A DNA stretch of 62,030 bases, the filler included, from Pirum gemmata (lineage: Eukaryota), in the NCBI GenBank assembly GCA_002812295.1. It is 14 parts of 14 records of this genome, joined end to end, with 100 filler letters (N's around TTAATTAATTAA, not from the genome) between each part and the next. Parts side by side here need not be neighbours in the genome. Positions count along the whole stretch, not along the records: positions 12,545 to 16,605 come from PDIN01001497.1; positions 16,706 to 20,791 come from PDIN01001498.1; positions 20,892 to 24,996 come from PDIN01001499.1; positions 25,097 to 31,088 come from PDIN01001500.1; 10 more parts are not named here. One strand, given 5' to 3'. The stretch's first letter is position 1, and the number at the start of each line of letters is the position of its first letter. The position numbers and the translations under genes were made by a program. The notes beneath the pieces are model-generated. The model did no database searches, was not told the origin of the DNA, and saw only the letters and a program-made list of their open reading frames with translations. Below, in pieces: positions 14,047-27,306 of this stretch.

Positions 14047-14100
14047 TAGCAAAAATCCGGTTATAATCGACATTCTCGAATATAACCGGATTTTTGCTAT
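14047..14100. mobile_element. Miniature palindromic element (Tc1/mariner/pogo-like TIRs) in a (TA)n tract
   Basis: TAGCAAAAATCCGGTTATA ... TATAACCGGATTTTTGCTA, a perfect 19-bp inverted repeat with a short spacer, embedded in TA repeats. Confidence 0.55.
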
Positions 14101-14249
14101 ATATATATATATCTATTATTATTTTATTTGTAATAAACGAATTATAAAAAGAATGACAACAACAACAACAATAATAATAACAATAACAATAATAATAATA
14201 ATAATAATAAATAATAATTATTTTTTTTTAATTTTTTTTATTATTATAT

Positions 14250-14830
14250 ATTTGCTCATCAAGGAAGATGACGCTGGTGTCTCTGTGACATGGTCACTAC
14301 AAAAACAAGCTCTGATGAGCAAAAAAGCATTTATGCTGCAAAATTGTAGTGGTAGGTCCACGACAGACGCTTTCTATCGTGGACCCACGACTGCAATTTT
14401 GCAGCACTGGGTGGTCAATCCAGGCACCCATGATATCCAGAGATGTAGAGTACCTATATTAACCTCTGGGGTACCTGCGGGCCAGACAGGTAGCCGCCAG
14501 AGGTCGCCATAGATACTCAACAGAGATCTGAATACCATGGGATTTCATAGAACTCCCAGGAGTTGTCTTGCTCTCGGTCCTGTTCTATTCTAGCCCTTGT
14601 CCAGTCCTTGTCCATGTTCTGGTCCTTGTTCTTGTTTAACCAGAGCGAGCATTAGCAGCCAACAAAAACCCAGCAAAACATTAGCAGCAGCAGCATCTCC
14701 ATCCAGCAGCATCCCAGACAAAAACATCGGCGGTCCAGACCATGGACTATGGACAATATCGGTGGACTAGAACAGACCTTTTTTGGTCCAAACAAGAAGC
14801 GAACCCCCTAAAGAACTTTTTGTCTTTCTA
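14250..14830 (-). ncRNA. Candidate structured non-coding RNA containing a pri-miRNA-like hairpin
   Basis: GC-richer island with no convincing ORF. Successive hairpins (about 14251-14333, 14334-14406, 14408-14430, 14462-14504 and a long imperfect stem about 14577-14785); G.U wobbles favour the minus strand; TATATAAAG on minus at about 14862-14854. Confidence 0.5.
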
Positions 14831-14906
14831 GTTTTTTTTTTATTGTGAAAAAGCCTTTATATAGTTTTTGATTTTTTATTATTTTTTATTATTATTATCA
14901 TTATTA

Positions 14907-14947
<41 letters not shown>

Positions 14948-14960
14948 ATTATAATATTCT

Positions 14961-15010
<50 letters not shown>

Positions 15011-15731
15011 TCTTTTATATTAGGATTTTTGACTTCCTTTTTTTTTTTTTTTTTTTTTATGCGAGTATGATTCCAAATTGGAATTTTTCACCGTTTTCTA
15101 TCTACTATTACAAAAGTGCCAGTATTCGCACAATTTTGCACTTTTGCCGCATAAAGTGCCTATATAATAAATTACAGTATTATCATCGATATTACTTTAG
15201 CTAGAAAGTTTTTCCTCCAGTTTTTTCAGATGCTTTTATTATCGATATGTTTTTCTATATATAAAAATTACAGGTATCGGTGTAATTATACTGTAATTAT
15301 ATATTATATTATAATAATTGTATAATGATAATATATAATTTGTGTTACAAAAAGCTCGTTTTCTACAGAATAGTCTATCATAGCTCTAGAAGAGGGAGGA
15401 GGAGGAGAAGGCTAGCTAGCTAGGGAGAAGGAGGAGAAGGCTAGGGAGAAGGAGGAGAAGGTATCACTCGTCTCTCTTCCTGGTTAGGGAGGGGGTAATA
15501 TTAAGGGTAGGGGTTAGGAAGCTTGAGTGTTAGGGATTCTAGTAGCTAGGACTTAGAACTTAGTATATATAATTATTATGATATAATTATGATAGTATCA
15601 ACAATGTAATATTATTTATATAAATAATTTAGGCATGAGAATTAAGTTAGGTGTACCTATCTAGCTAGTTAGGGGGTTAGAAGTGGTTAGGTATGGGGCT
15701 CCTGATACGTAGGTCTATATGTATAATATAA

Positions 15732-15926
15732 TCGTGCTTTTCAATTAGTTTTGTCATCATAAAATATACAATAAAGAGTACAAAATTAATACAATAAAAA
15801 TCCATTTCATTTAATTTGGTACACTTTATTATCTATTTATTCATTTAAAAATGACAATTTAAATATTATAACCAACCAAATAAATATTCTGAGTGGCAAT
15901 ACAAATGAAAACATTGAAAAGCACAA
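15732..15926. mobile_element. High-copy MITE of about 185-195 bp (TIR GTGCTTTTCA..TTTTGTCA; mostly TA-flanked, Tc1/mariner-like)
   Basis: Near-full copies at about 9804-9988, 10267-10450, 10833-11017, 15732-15926, 17458-17639, 29483-29672 and 44667-44843; partial copies at about 4997-5147, 8332-8433, 11140-11283, 29729-29835 and 31189-31283. Found on several independent contigs and in both orientations. Confidence 0.85.
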
Positions 15927-16068
15927 TATGTGCATACATGAGTGATGAGTATTATCAATTTATCAAGTTTTCAACAGACAAGGACTTTCAAAAAATTGAG
16001 GCTTGAACAGGCGATGTTACAACTTACAGACAGCTGGTTACAGACCAACACCTGACCAACACACCAAC

Positions 16069-16124
<56 letters not shown>

Positions 16125-18267
16125 ACTAATGGTCAAATGATAGTGGTAGTATTTTAAAGTTAAAAATAACATTAAACTTGCTGATTCCATACCAAATCGT
16201 TACTTCAATCGTGATAGTAATTTTGAGTCAGTATTTTGTCTAACTACTTAACTTAGTAATATCATAATTATTTCCCACTAGTCTACTATCATAAGACTCT
16301 ACTTTGAAAGTCCCTACTAGCTAGACTTTTAAAAGTCTTTGCTTTTTTTATTATCTCTACTTTATATATTTATGGTAAAAAAATTCTATTTTTTTTTCTT
16401 ATCATATTATTTGGAAATAAATGTGAAAATGGAAAATTATAACATACCGGTAATATAATTATAATAATATTATTATCAATAATAATTATTACTTTCTCTT
16501 TTTTTAAAAAAAACTTGAAATTGAAATTGAATTAGAAGAACGGTGACAAAGGCAACACCACGCCTCCCTAACCCTAACCCTAACCCTAACCCTAACCCTA
16601 ACCCTNNNNNNNNNNNNNNNNNNNNNNNNNNNNNNNNNNNNNNNNNNNNTTAATTAATTAANNNNNNNNNNNNNNNNNNNNNNNNNNNNNNNNNNNNNNN
16701 NNNNNTATTATTATTATTATCTGATACAGTTTATGAGAGTTTTTGTTAATCTGATACAGTTTATGAGAGTTTTTGTTCCAACTTCTCTACGTTGCTAGAG
16801 AAATTGCTATCATAGAGTAGAAAAGATCTCGACTGTCCCAAACAGGCTGTAAAAGACTTTCGTTACAACTTTTAATAATAATAATATGTAAGTTACGCTT
16901 ATAATAACAACGTGTCAACGACTACAATATCACCCTTATATGATCAGGGTAGTCTCTGTTATTTAAAAACAACCGAGTATTATAGCGGTTAGCTAGAGCT
17001 CAAACTCTTACATTGAGAATCCGTAATTAGTTACTGTACCCCTTTTACAAGTTGTACAAGTAATAATGTACAAGTAGTCTAAAACCCACGTCTTGTTTTA
17101 TAAAACAAAGATTTATTATAAAGTTTGTGCATAAATACTACTAATACTAATACTACTTCTACTATCATCTTAACCACTACTCTTAGATCAGCTAGGCATA
17201 GTAGGTTGGTCTGTGTCATAGCAGTAGCAGTACAGTAGCAGAAGCTGTCATCATAGAGCTAAACGTATGGTGCACACAAACTAAAAATGGCCTACTTTTT
17301 GGTTTCCGTATCCTAACCCTAACCCTAATCCTAACCCTAACCCTAACCCTAACGGTCTTTCTGTGATAAAGAAAGCTCTAGTTATTATATGACATATGGA
17401 TAGTTAGAAAAATTTCCTATTCATATCATACGATATGATACTATGCTAGTGATACTACAGTGCTTTTCAGTTGTTTTGGCATCATAAAATATACAATAAA
17501 TAGTACCAAATTAAGATAATATAGATCCATTTCATTTAATTTGGTATATTTTATTATCTATTTACTCATTTAAAAATGTCAATTTAAATGTTGTAACCCA
17601 CCAAATAAATATTCAGAGTGACAAAATAGAAAAGCACAGTGATGCTATGCTGCCTGATAGTGCCTGTTGCATAATTATGTGAAAACTAGAGTCTATTATG
17701 ATATGATAATATCATAGGTCACCTTTTTTTACACTACCCAAACTAGGTAGGCGATTTTTTTTTTTATGATATACAAAAAAAATGAAATACAAGCTTTTCC
17801 ATTGGAGTTTTTTCAATATAAATTTTACAAAAAAGCCAAAAAAGTAAATTTATAAATATGATACTACTTTATTGAGTCAAAATTTATTTTGTGTTGCAAG
17901 AAATAAAATTTGTGGAAGTTGTGTAGTTACCAGGTAGTTACAACTTACCAGCACTACGTATAGCGAGGTGTAGTGAGCAAATAGTTGTAGTTCGACTTTG
18001 TAGTTTCGAGCTGTAGATTAGTTCGAACATGTGAAAATTATTACTAAATTATTCTGATCAAATAATTTTCAAAAGTGTTTGAAATGTTTCAAGCTAGCTA
18101 GTAGCTAGCTAGTAAGGGTTTTTCTTATTTCAGTTGTAGTATAATATTTTTTTTTTAATTAAAATATCATAGTAATAATAGATTAAAAGGTATATAGTCT
18201 AAATTAAAGTGTATGATGCTTGTTTATACTTTATATAGTCTATCGATATAGAATAATTTATTTATAA

Positions 18268-18610
18268 TAATAAGTGTAAAATAACAGTATCCATGTTTAA
18301 GTGTGTAACATAATTATGCTGTAAATGAAATTAAGTAAATAATATGCCAAGTGTGAAGCATATATAAATAAGTGTAAAATAACAGTATCTATGTCAAGTG
18401 TGTAACATATGCTGTAAATTAAATTAAGTAAATAATATTATATGCCAAGTGTGAAGCATATATAAATAAGTGTACAGGTAAGTTGCCGCCTAGTCTGGGT
18501 CATAGGCTCAAGGAAAGTCAAGATATAAATAATAAGTGTATAGGTAACTGGCCGCCTAGTGAAGGTCATAGACTCAAAGAAAGTCAAAGTATAAATAATA
18601 AGTGCACTTA
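18268..18610. repeat. Local diverged tandem duplications (units of about 65-90 bp starting AATAAGTGTA)
   Basis: AATAAGTGTAAAATAACAGTAT...GCCAAGTGTGAAGCATATATAA occurs twice, followed by AATAAGTGTA.AGGTAA.T.GCCGCCTAGT... twice. Confidence 0.8.
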
Positions 18611-19913
18611 TGTATATAGCAATGTAATAATAGTAATAACTATACTTACTATTATTATATAGTGTAATTGAATGTGTGTTGAATGTGTAATGATTGATTG
18701 AATCCTGTAAATGTAATGAATAATTGAATCAATGATTGAGTGTCGTAAGTATATTGATTATAATAATAATAATAACTGTACTTATTATTATTATACATTG
18801 TTGAATAGTCTATCAGGTGTGATCGGAGTGATAGTGGTAAAGTCTATCGTAATGGAATAGTATAAATAGAGTAAGAATATGGAAAAGTAGAAAAAATGGT
18901 GAAAAACGTTCTTTGTTGTAAAACCTCTCTTGAAAATTGGGAATTGTAAAAAACATCTCTTGAAAAGGGTGAAATGTGTAAAAGTAAAATTTGTGTTAAT
19001 TAAAAACTGTAATTTTGATAATGTTGTAGTTTTAGTATGAACGGTAAACCAAACAATAAAGTAAATGTTGTAATTAATATTATGAGTTGATTATTTGATA
19101 AGTATTAATAATTTGAATATAAATAATATTGTAAAATCAAACATGATAAATTTTTTTTTTTATTAAAAAAATGATTTTTCGTATGAGTGACTCAGAACTA
19201 CGGAAGACTCAGTCTGAGTTTAAGTGACTAAAGAGTCAAGACCAGGGTCAAGACTACGTTTTTTTCCAGATTTTTTTTTCTGAACAACTTCCGAAATTAT
19301 GACATCTGATTCGATTTTTTGAAAATTTTCTTCTATTTCTTCCAAATTTACAATTTATTTTCTATTTACTTTCTATTTTTAGGCCAGGGTTAAAAATCCA
19401 AAAAATAACAAAATGATCCAATTTCAATAAAAGTACTACCAAATGTTCAGAAACTTTCTAACTAGGACAACTCTATTATGCGCCAATGGCTAGTTTTCAA
19501 AAATAACTTGGCTAGTTATCATTAAATAAAATGATTTCTACAGTTTTTTCTGGCTTGGCTGTTTTATTAGCTGTCTAATCATAACATAGATAACATAGTT
19601 ACATAGACTGAGGAGAAAAAAAAAACTAAAAAAAAAAATTAGTAACATTATATCATATTTATATGTATAATATAGATTAAAATCAAGTAAAATAATAAAA
19701 ATAATATTTTAATTAATATGATAATATTTTTTTTTATAACAATATTTTTTTGATAACAGGAAGTAAATTACCCCTTTTTAAAAAATATATTTGTATATTA
19801 TATATTTATGTATAATCATTTATAACTCTAATTATTATCAGTTTGTTATCGTCATTAAATTATTAATCTTTTATCATCATCTTCATTAACTTTCGATTCT
19901 AACAACCAATAAG

Positions 19914-20661
19914 ATGAGTAAAAATACATTACTGTCTTTAATATTGTTGGGAGCCTCAGCTTTAGCATCACCAACTGGATTTGTAAATAGTATAGGGAGC
20001 ACCAGTCTTCCAGAAACTAATATCGTTATTGCTGATGAGTTAGATCAAACAGTTCCAAGCGAAGAAGTATGGGCAGATTCACAAAGTGGACCGAATGCTC
20101 TGTGGCTGGTACGTATATGTATATATAGTTCTACTTTTTTTTTTTTTTTAAGACTTAGTTGTGAGTGAGGTTCAATTAATATTATTATCACTTGATGTTT
20201 ACACTTTATTTTTTCGAATTGCATGAACATTTTCAATGATAAATATGACTGTTATTGTGAAATTATTAAGTTTACCATTTTACTTTATGTTGAGTGTTTG
20301 TTAACCAGCCCCCCACTCACACTATCTTATTATTATTATTATTATTATTTACAATACCTCCAGGGTAAATTTGAAAACCCCGAATTTGATAATGCTCAGG
20401 ATACACAAGCTAGCTCTGTTTGCGCTTGCCTTGGTGCGATTAAAATACTCGCAAATGATACATGCTATTCTGATCTAGGTTTGTTAATGGAATATGCAAA
20501 ATCCGAAAGTATAATTTATATAGGAAGTGATGTTACTGTTAGAAAACCTATTAATATATGGCAAGATTTAAGCATCGTTGGAGTATTTTGTAACATTGCG
20601 GACCCGCTTATGAGACCCAAAATCATTAGTGAAGTATCGGGTACAGAAAATACAACATCAG
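19914..20661 (+). CDS. Secreted protein, 5' partial (possible right-handed beta-helix/pectin-lyase-like protein)
   Basis: Signal peptide MSKNTLLSLILLGASALA; exons 19914-20108 and 20364-20661 join in frame (GT-AG), followed by another donor. IYIGSDVTVRKPINIWQDLSIVG resembles the start of beta-helix proteins (weak). Confidence 0.8.
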
Positions 20662-20754
20662 GTATTATTATTAATTAATGTATTATTATTTTTGTCACAT
20701 TATTATTATTATTATTTATTGTCATTATTATTCATTAATTTATTATTACTATTA

Positions 20755-20787
<33 letters not shown>

Positions 20788-21039
20788 GTTANNNNNNNNN
20801 NNNNNNNNNNNNNNNNNNNNNNNNNNNNNNNNNNNTTAATTAATTAANNNNNNNNNNNNNNNNNNNNNNNNNNNNNNNNNNNNNNNNNNNNCTACCCTAA
20901 CCCTATCCTCCCTAACCCTAACCCTAACCCTAACCGTGCTCCTAACCCTAAACCTAACCCTAATCTTAACCTTAACCCTAACCTAATCCTACCACTACTC
21001 CTTAACCTTAACCCCAACACCAACCTCTTTTTTTTATAG

Positions 21040-24000
21040 TATTTCAATTTATCAGCCCCACAGTCAAAAAAGTAAGTCATTATATAATTATAAAACATTT
21101 CAACGACAACAAAAAAACCCTATTTTTCATAATATATATAGTATATATAACAAAGTAACAATTTCAAATCAAAACTTCATACTAATATATAATTATTTTA
21201 AATTTTAATAAAGGATAATAAAGTAATAATTTCTAGTTCCATGTCAATAGAAGATATTGGCACCATAACGTGTATTCCATTTGAACAAGCAGGAACTTTT
21301 AATTTAACAAACAAATTACTTGATGAATTTGCTGTGTGTTTTGATTTAAGTCACCTTTACAGAAATAGCAATATCTGCACCGTGGCCATAATACAAACAG
21401 CTTCAATGGTAACTCAATTACAACTTTATAAAAGAATAAAAGAAAAAATGTTAAACGACACCTTTGTTCAGTTTAAGAATAAATTTGAAGGTAATATTTT
21501 AACATTATTAATATATTAAACTAGTAATGGTAGTAGTAATGATAATATTGGTAGTGGCAGTGGTATTAATAATAGTGGTGATGTTAGTAGTAGTGATATT
21601 AGTAGAATAAAATTTTATTTTAGGGATAATAATAATATTAAAAGTGGGACATTAATATATTAAACTAGTAATAGTAGTAGTAATGATAATATTGGTAGTA
21701 GCAGTGGTATTAATAATAGTGGTGATGTTGGTAGTAGTGATATTAGTAGAATAAAATTTTATTTTAGGGATAATAATAATATTAAAAGTGGGATTAGGAT
21801 TAAGGGTAAGAGTAAGGGTTAGAGTTAGTGTTTTAAGGGTAGGATTGGATTTAAGGATAGCGTTAGGATTAGAGTTAGAGTTAGAGTTAGGGTAGGGTTA
21901 GGATAGTGGCAATAGTAAGATTTTGATATTAGTATATACATATAATATATATATTTATATAAAGTAGCAGGAATATAAGTGGACAACAGCAAATTTTATT
22001 GTATTATATGATATTTTCGTAGTAGTTGTAAAAGTAGGGGTCAAGGCTAATAATAAGATTATAATTGGGATTAGGATTATGGGTAATAGTAAGGCTTAGT
22101 GTTAGTGTTAATTATAAGGTTAGGTTTGTATTTAATGATAGCGTTAGGATTAGAGTTAGAGTTAGAGTTAGAATTAGGATAGTGGTAATATTAAGATTTT
22201 GATTAGTATTAATATTAGTATTAGTAAATATATTTATATAATGTAGTGGACAGTAGCAAGACTAGCAATTGTGGTTGTAAGAAGAGTTATAGCACAGTAG
22301 TAATAATTAGTAGTTTGTTGTTGTTTTGGCCGAACAAGAAAATAATCACACATGTCTATATTCTTGTATATACATATAATATATGTTTATTAATTTTTTA
22401 ATTAATATATTCTAATTTTATGGTATATATATATATATATATATATGCAAAAATAGATTATATGGTAAGTAAAGTACAGGGATGTATAAAAAATGTTTCA
22501 GTTCCAGCAACTAGCTTTTGTAAAAACAAGAAAGCTAAAGTCACAAATAGTTCTGAATACTTAGGTTTTATATAAAATAATATATAATATATAGTTATAT
22601 ATAAAATTATATATAATTTATACACACACATATATATATATGGCGAAAATAACTGTTTTTTTACTATATATATATATATATATAATTATTAATGATATTC
22701 AAAAAATACATAAAAAACAATAAAAATATAATGCAATATTTATACAACTATTAATCAAAATAACAATAAATAAACCAGATACTACAATACTTTTATAAAA
22801 ACCAATACTAATAAAAATAGTAAGAACATTTCTATACAACTATGAATAAAGATAATTTTAAAACCGATGGTACAATATAATAATTTTAAACCCGATAGTA
22901 CAATATATTTATAAAAACCTATAGTAATATCAATAATAATATTATACAATTATCAATATAAATAACAATATAAAGTATGAAAACATAACCCAAATCATAT
23001 CCCTAACCCTAACCCGAACCCTGTCCTTAACAATGACAATGACAACTAAAATACTCTCATCCTAACCCTAACCCTAACGCCAACTAATGTTAATGTTAAC
23101 CCTAATGCTGACCATCTTTTACTTATAAATAAATAAAGATTGTATCAAAGCTATAGTTTTTTCTCAATGTGTCGAATATAATACTCTTACTAGTAGTATT
23201 GCAAATGTATTATTTGTATCAGATAAAAATGGAACAGCAATAAACGGAACGTATCCTACATTTATCAGTGAATTAATAAGTATCAATCTAAGAATGGTTT
23301 CTTTAGGATCAAGTATTGCATTGTATGGAGGTATATATTTAAAAAATAATATAGAAAGACAAATACATTTAATAATTACATTAAAAATAAAAATGAAAAT
23401 AAAAACGCATCGTCAAATGTAATTATCAATTAAGTTCGAAATTATAAAATTATATTTTGCAACGCATTTTTTCCAGAATTTATTATATATATATATATAT
23501 ATTCATTTTAATTAATTTGCTGAGTTTTGAATATTTATTTTGCTCATTTAATGTTTATTATATAGTTAAAAACAAATTAATGAAATAGACGATATACTAC
23601 ATTTATATATATATATATATTGCTATGAACAAAAAAAGATATAAAAAAAAAACTACTTTTTTTACTAAATTTATTCTTTTTTAGCACACAGCAATGTGTA
23701 ATATTAATGTGTAGAAAAGAATTCGATTACTTAAGAAAAAATTTAATTCTGTTAAAAAATAATAAAAATTTCTTTTCATTCAGTAATTTAAAAAGCTAAT
23801 TATTAATTATTAAATATTAACACTACTTTTTTTACTAAGTGTATTCTTTAATTATAAGTCTCTTTTTTAATACATAATGCATAATTATTATCGGTAAAAA
23901 AAGAATTTGATCAGTCCGGACGGGGGGGATTAGTCAAGAAAATAATTAAATTTTACATTCAATAATATTAAAAAAATTTATAAAAATTATTTTAACACAA

Positions 24001-24908
24001 TGTATGTCATAATAATGGGTAAAATGTGTAAAAAAGTCCGGAAAATAATTAAATAATAATAATTATTATTATTATAAAAACAAAAAGCTAAGTCATCAAC
24101 ATTATATATTTTTTAAAATAATTATTCTTTATTCAATAATTTCTTTTTTCACCAACATGATTTTAATCAGTTTTTTTAAAAGAAATGCATAGTATTCGGT
24201 AAAATGTGTAAAAAAGAATTTGATTAGTCCGGAAAATATTTATTTTTTTAAAATATATATATAAAAGTTTGAATAAAATCAAATCATATTTTAACATAGG
24301 AAAAATTTACACTTTTAAAGCTATATTTACACTAATAAGATTAATTATATTATTTTAAAATAATAATAATATTAAACTATTTATAATATGAAAAAAGGAT
24401 ACACTAAAAGTTTGGGATCGGATCCATGCAGTAATATTGCTGCAACAGGAATTGGAGAGTGCTCAAAATTGGTATTAAAAATTAAATATTGAAAAATTAA
24501 AATTTAAATTAAATTAAAAAAATATATATTTAATTATATAGAAATGTGAATTCAANNNNNNNNNNNNNNNNNNNNNNNNNNNNNNNNNNNNNNNNNNNNN
24601 NNNNNNNNNNNNNNTTTATATCTATATACTTATATCTATATATGGAACCAGATTTGGGTCTTTCGGAACTTGATCATTGCTATATATATATATTAATATT
24701 TATATATACTAATTAAAATTAAAATAAAACTAGGAACTTTCATTAGATTTGAATTTAAGAGCAAGTGAAGTGAATGTAGGTTTTACGTCTAATATGGCTA
24801 GTTTACAACAAAGTGTTTTTTATGATGCGGTGTGTGATAATAATACTACAACACAACAATGCATTGATCAAATTTTAACTAGGCGGGACACCCCAATGGA
24901 ATATCTTA
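21040..24908 (+). CDS. Internal fragment of an uncharacterised Cys-containing, probably extracellular protein (6 exons)
   Basis: Exons 21040-21071, 21214-21490, 22457-22564, 23139-23330, 24398-24471 and 24734-24908 splice with compatible phases and no stops; several N-x-S/T sequons. No family recognised. Confidence 0.72.
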
Positions 24909-25261
24909 GTATACTTTTAACTTTACCTAACCCTTACCTTTATTGTCATTTATTATTATTATTATATTATTATTATTATTTATTATTATTATTATTNNNN
25001 NNNNNNNNNNNNNNNNNNNNNNNNNNNNNNNNNNNNNNNNTTAATTAATTAANNNNNNNNNNNNNNNNNNNNNNNNNNNNNNNNNNNNNNNNNNNNCCAA
25101 TATCAATGTCACTATTGTTATTCTTATTTTCGTACCATTGTTATTTGATATATTTTCTATATTATTATAACACATTTATTATTTATTATTTATTATTTAT
25201 TATTTACTGTTCATTATTCATTAATGAATAGTATTTCGCTATCTTGTTAGGAATTATTAAC

Positions 25262-25466
25262 TTATATTTTAGTGATACACCAGACATACTTTAACTTATG
25301 GAACCCATGTTTCAATTTTATGAAAGGTTTTGTAATCTGGAGATGATGTGTCTGTGCAAGTAACATCATTGCCTGGAACCTTTCTATAATAAATAACAGA
25401 ATAAACAATCGATGGTTTGCAGTTATTACCACACGCAACAGCAAAGCCTCCACAGTCTTCCGTTGG
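25262..25466 (-). pseudogene. Downstream partial duplicate of the terminal exon at 26596-26895, with a premature stop
   Basis: TEDCGGFAVACGNNCKPSIVYSVIYYRKVPGNDVTCTDTSSPDYKTFHKIETWVP* has TAA where the other copy has TAC; the flanking 3' sequence is duplicated as well. Confidence 0.75.
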
Positions 25467-26006
25467 AACTAATTTTTTAATTTTTAATTTTTGATCTTTT
25501 TTAAAATAGTGGACGACAAAAATAGTAATAAAGTGTAACAAACACCAATCCTAATTTTGTTATCGTGGTTGACAACTTGTCACCTCATTTCCAGTACCTG
25601 TTATTACACCGTCATGAAGAAAGTAAGCAGAAAGTGCATATCAGATATCTGCTGCATCCCTGTTATGACTTCTACCAGCCCTGAGCTAATATCACATTAA
25701 ATGGCATTGCATAATACAATATATATAATGAATATCCTAGCATTGATAGATTTTCATATGCATTAGTCAAGTTTTATTGCAGTTTTGTACATAGCCCTAA
25801 CTATAGCCTTAACCGTAGCCCTAAAGTTTAATAATGCAGTAATAACCCTAACGCTACAGTAGTTATAACTATATATATGATAGCCCTTTTGTGAGGTTTT
25901 CGAAGTTCCCAACATCTACCCCTAAAACCCTAACTACATGGCCCTAACTTATGATATTTGTGATCATCATCATCATCATCACCACCAACACCACCACCAC
26001 CACCAT

Positions 26007-26049
<43 letters not shown>

Positions 26050-26056
26050 CCATCAT

Positions 26057-26106
<50 letters not shown>

Positions 26107-26123
26107 CAAACATCTGTTGTTGA

Positions 26124-26157
<34 letters not shown>

Positions 26158-26206
26158 GATGATGATGATGATGATATGGTGGTGGTGGTGGTGGTGGTGG
26201 TGGTGG

Positions 26207-26256
<50 letters not shown>

Positions 26257-26595
26257 GTGATGGTGATGGTGGTGATGGTGGTGATGGTGATGGTGATGGC
26301 TATTATTATTATTAATATCATCACATTCATATTAATTACTATCATTATTATTATCATTGTCATTGGAATTATCATTATCATTATCATTATATCATCATTA
26401 TTATATTTCTGAGATGGATCCATTAACAATTTGTTATTATTTATTTATTAACGATTAGGAATTTATTAACGATTTGGATGTAACAATAACACATTTAAAT
26501 TTATTATTTATTATTTATTATTTATTTACTATTCATTATTCATTATGAATAGTACTAGTATTTAGCTATCTTGTTAGGAATTATTAACTTATATT

Positions 26596-27306
26596 TTAGT
26601 GAAATACCAGACATACTTTAACGTATGGAACCCATGTCTCAATTTTAATAAAGGTTTTGTATTCTGGAGATGATGTATCTGTGCAAGTAACATCATTGCC
26701 TGGAACCTTTCTATAATAAATAACAAGAATAAACAATCGATGGTTTGTAGTTATTACCACACGCAACAGCAAAGCCTCCACAGTCTTCCGTTTCGGAACA
26801 ATATTTATTAGCTTCCGCATGTGTGGTTCTCTCACTTTTAAGTGCGGTCTGCCCTGGTGATAGTTTTTGAAGACCAGTACACGGTTGACTAAAAGCTAAA
26901 TAATAATATTTATAATAAAATATGAGACATTACTAACTATAAATATTAGTTAACGATATATCGATAAAACAATAAAACGATAAAACGATAAATCAATAAA
27001 GCGATATCGATAAAACAATAAAACAATAAAGCAACGTACTTAAAACATTGCTATCGTTAACAAACATATTATGTCTATTAGTTTTAAACATATATTATAA
27101 AACAATAAAGCAATAAAATAATAAAACAATAAAACAATAAAACAATAAAACAATAAAACAATAAAACAATAAAACAATAAAATAATAAAATAATAAAATA
27201 ATAAAACAATAAAACTTACAAATGTCTTTTCTGTTGTAATATGTGATATCCGTATCATCCAATTTGAAAAAACCATACACGGCAGTGTATCTGTTTACTT
27301 TATTGT
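26596..27306 (-). pseudogene. Small Cys-containing protein gene (at least 2 exons) with an apparent +1 frameshift
   Basis: Exons 27306-27220 and 26895-26596 splice in frame (DNKVNRYTAVYGFF...SFSQPCTGLQK...HAEANKYCSETEDCGGFAVACG). An extra T near 26725 relative to the duplicate copy shifts the frame. Confidence 0.6.

Noticed and set aside
14320..14345. CTGATGAG as a hammerhead ribozyme core
   Set aside because: No GAAA after a stem II and no suitable stems I/III; the motif is instead paired in a hairpin.
14250..14830. Telomerase RNA identity for the structured region
   Set aside because: No template of about 1.5 repeats (such as CUAACCCUAA) on either strand.
25938..26429. ORF-track poly-Ile/Met/Asp/His/Val ORFs here and at 3173, 5621, 6756, 7307, 27040, 29214, 35567, 36778, 41625, 48018 and 48912
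   Set aside because: They are translations of microsatellites, homopolymers or telomeric arrays.
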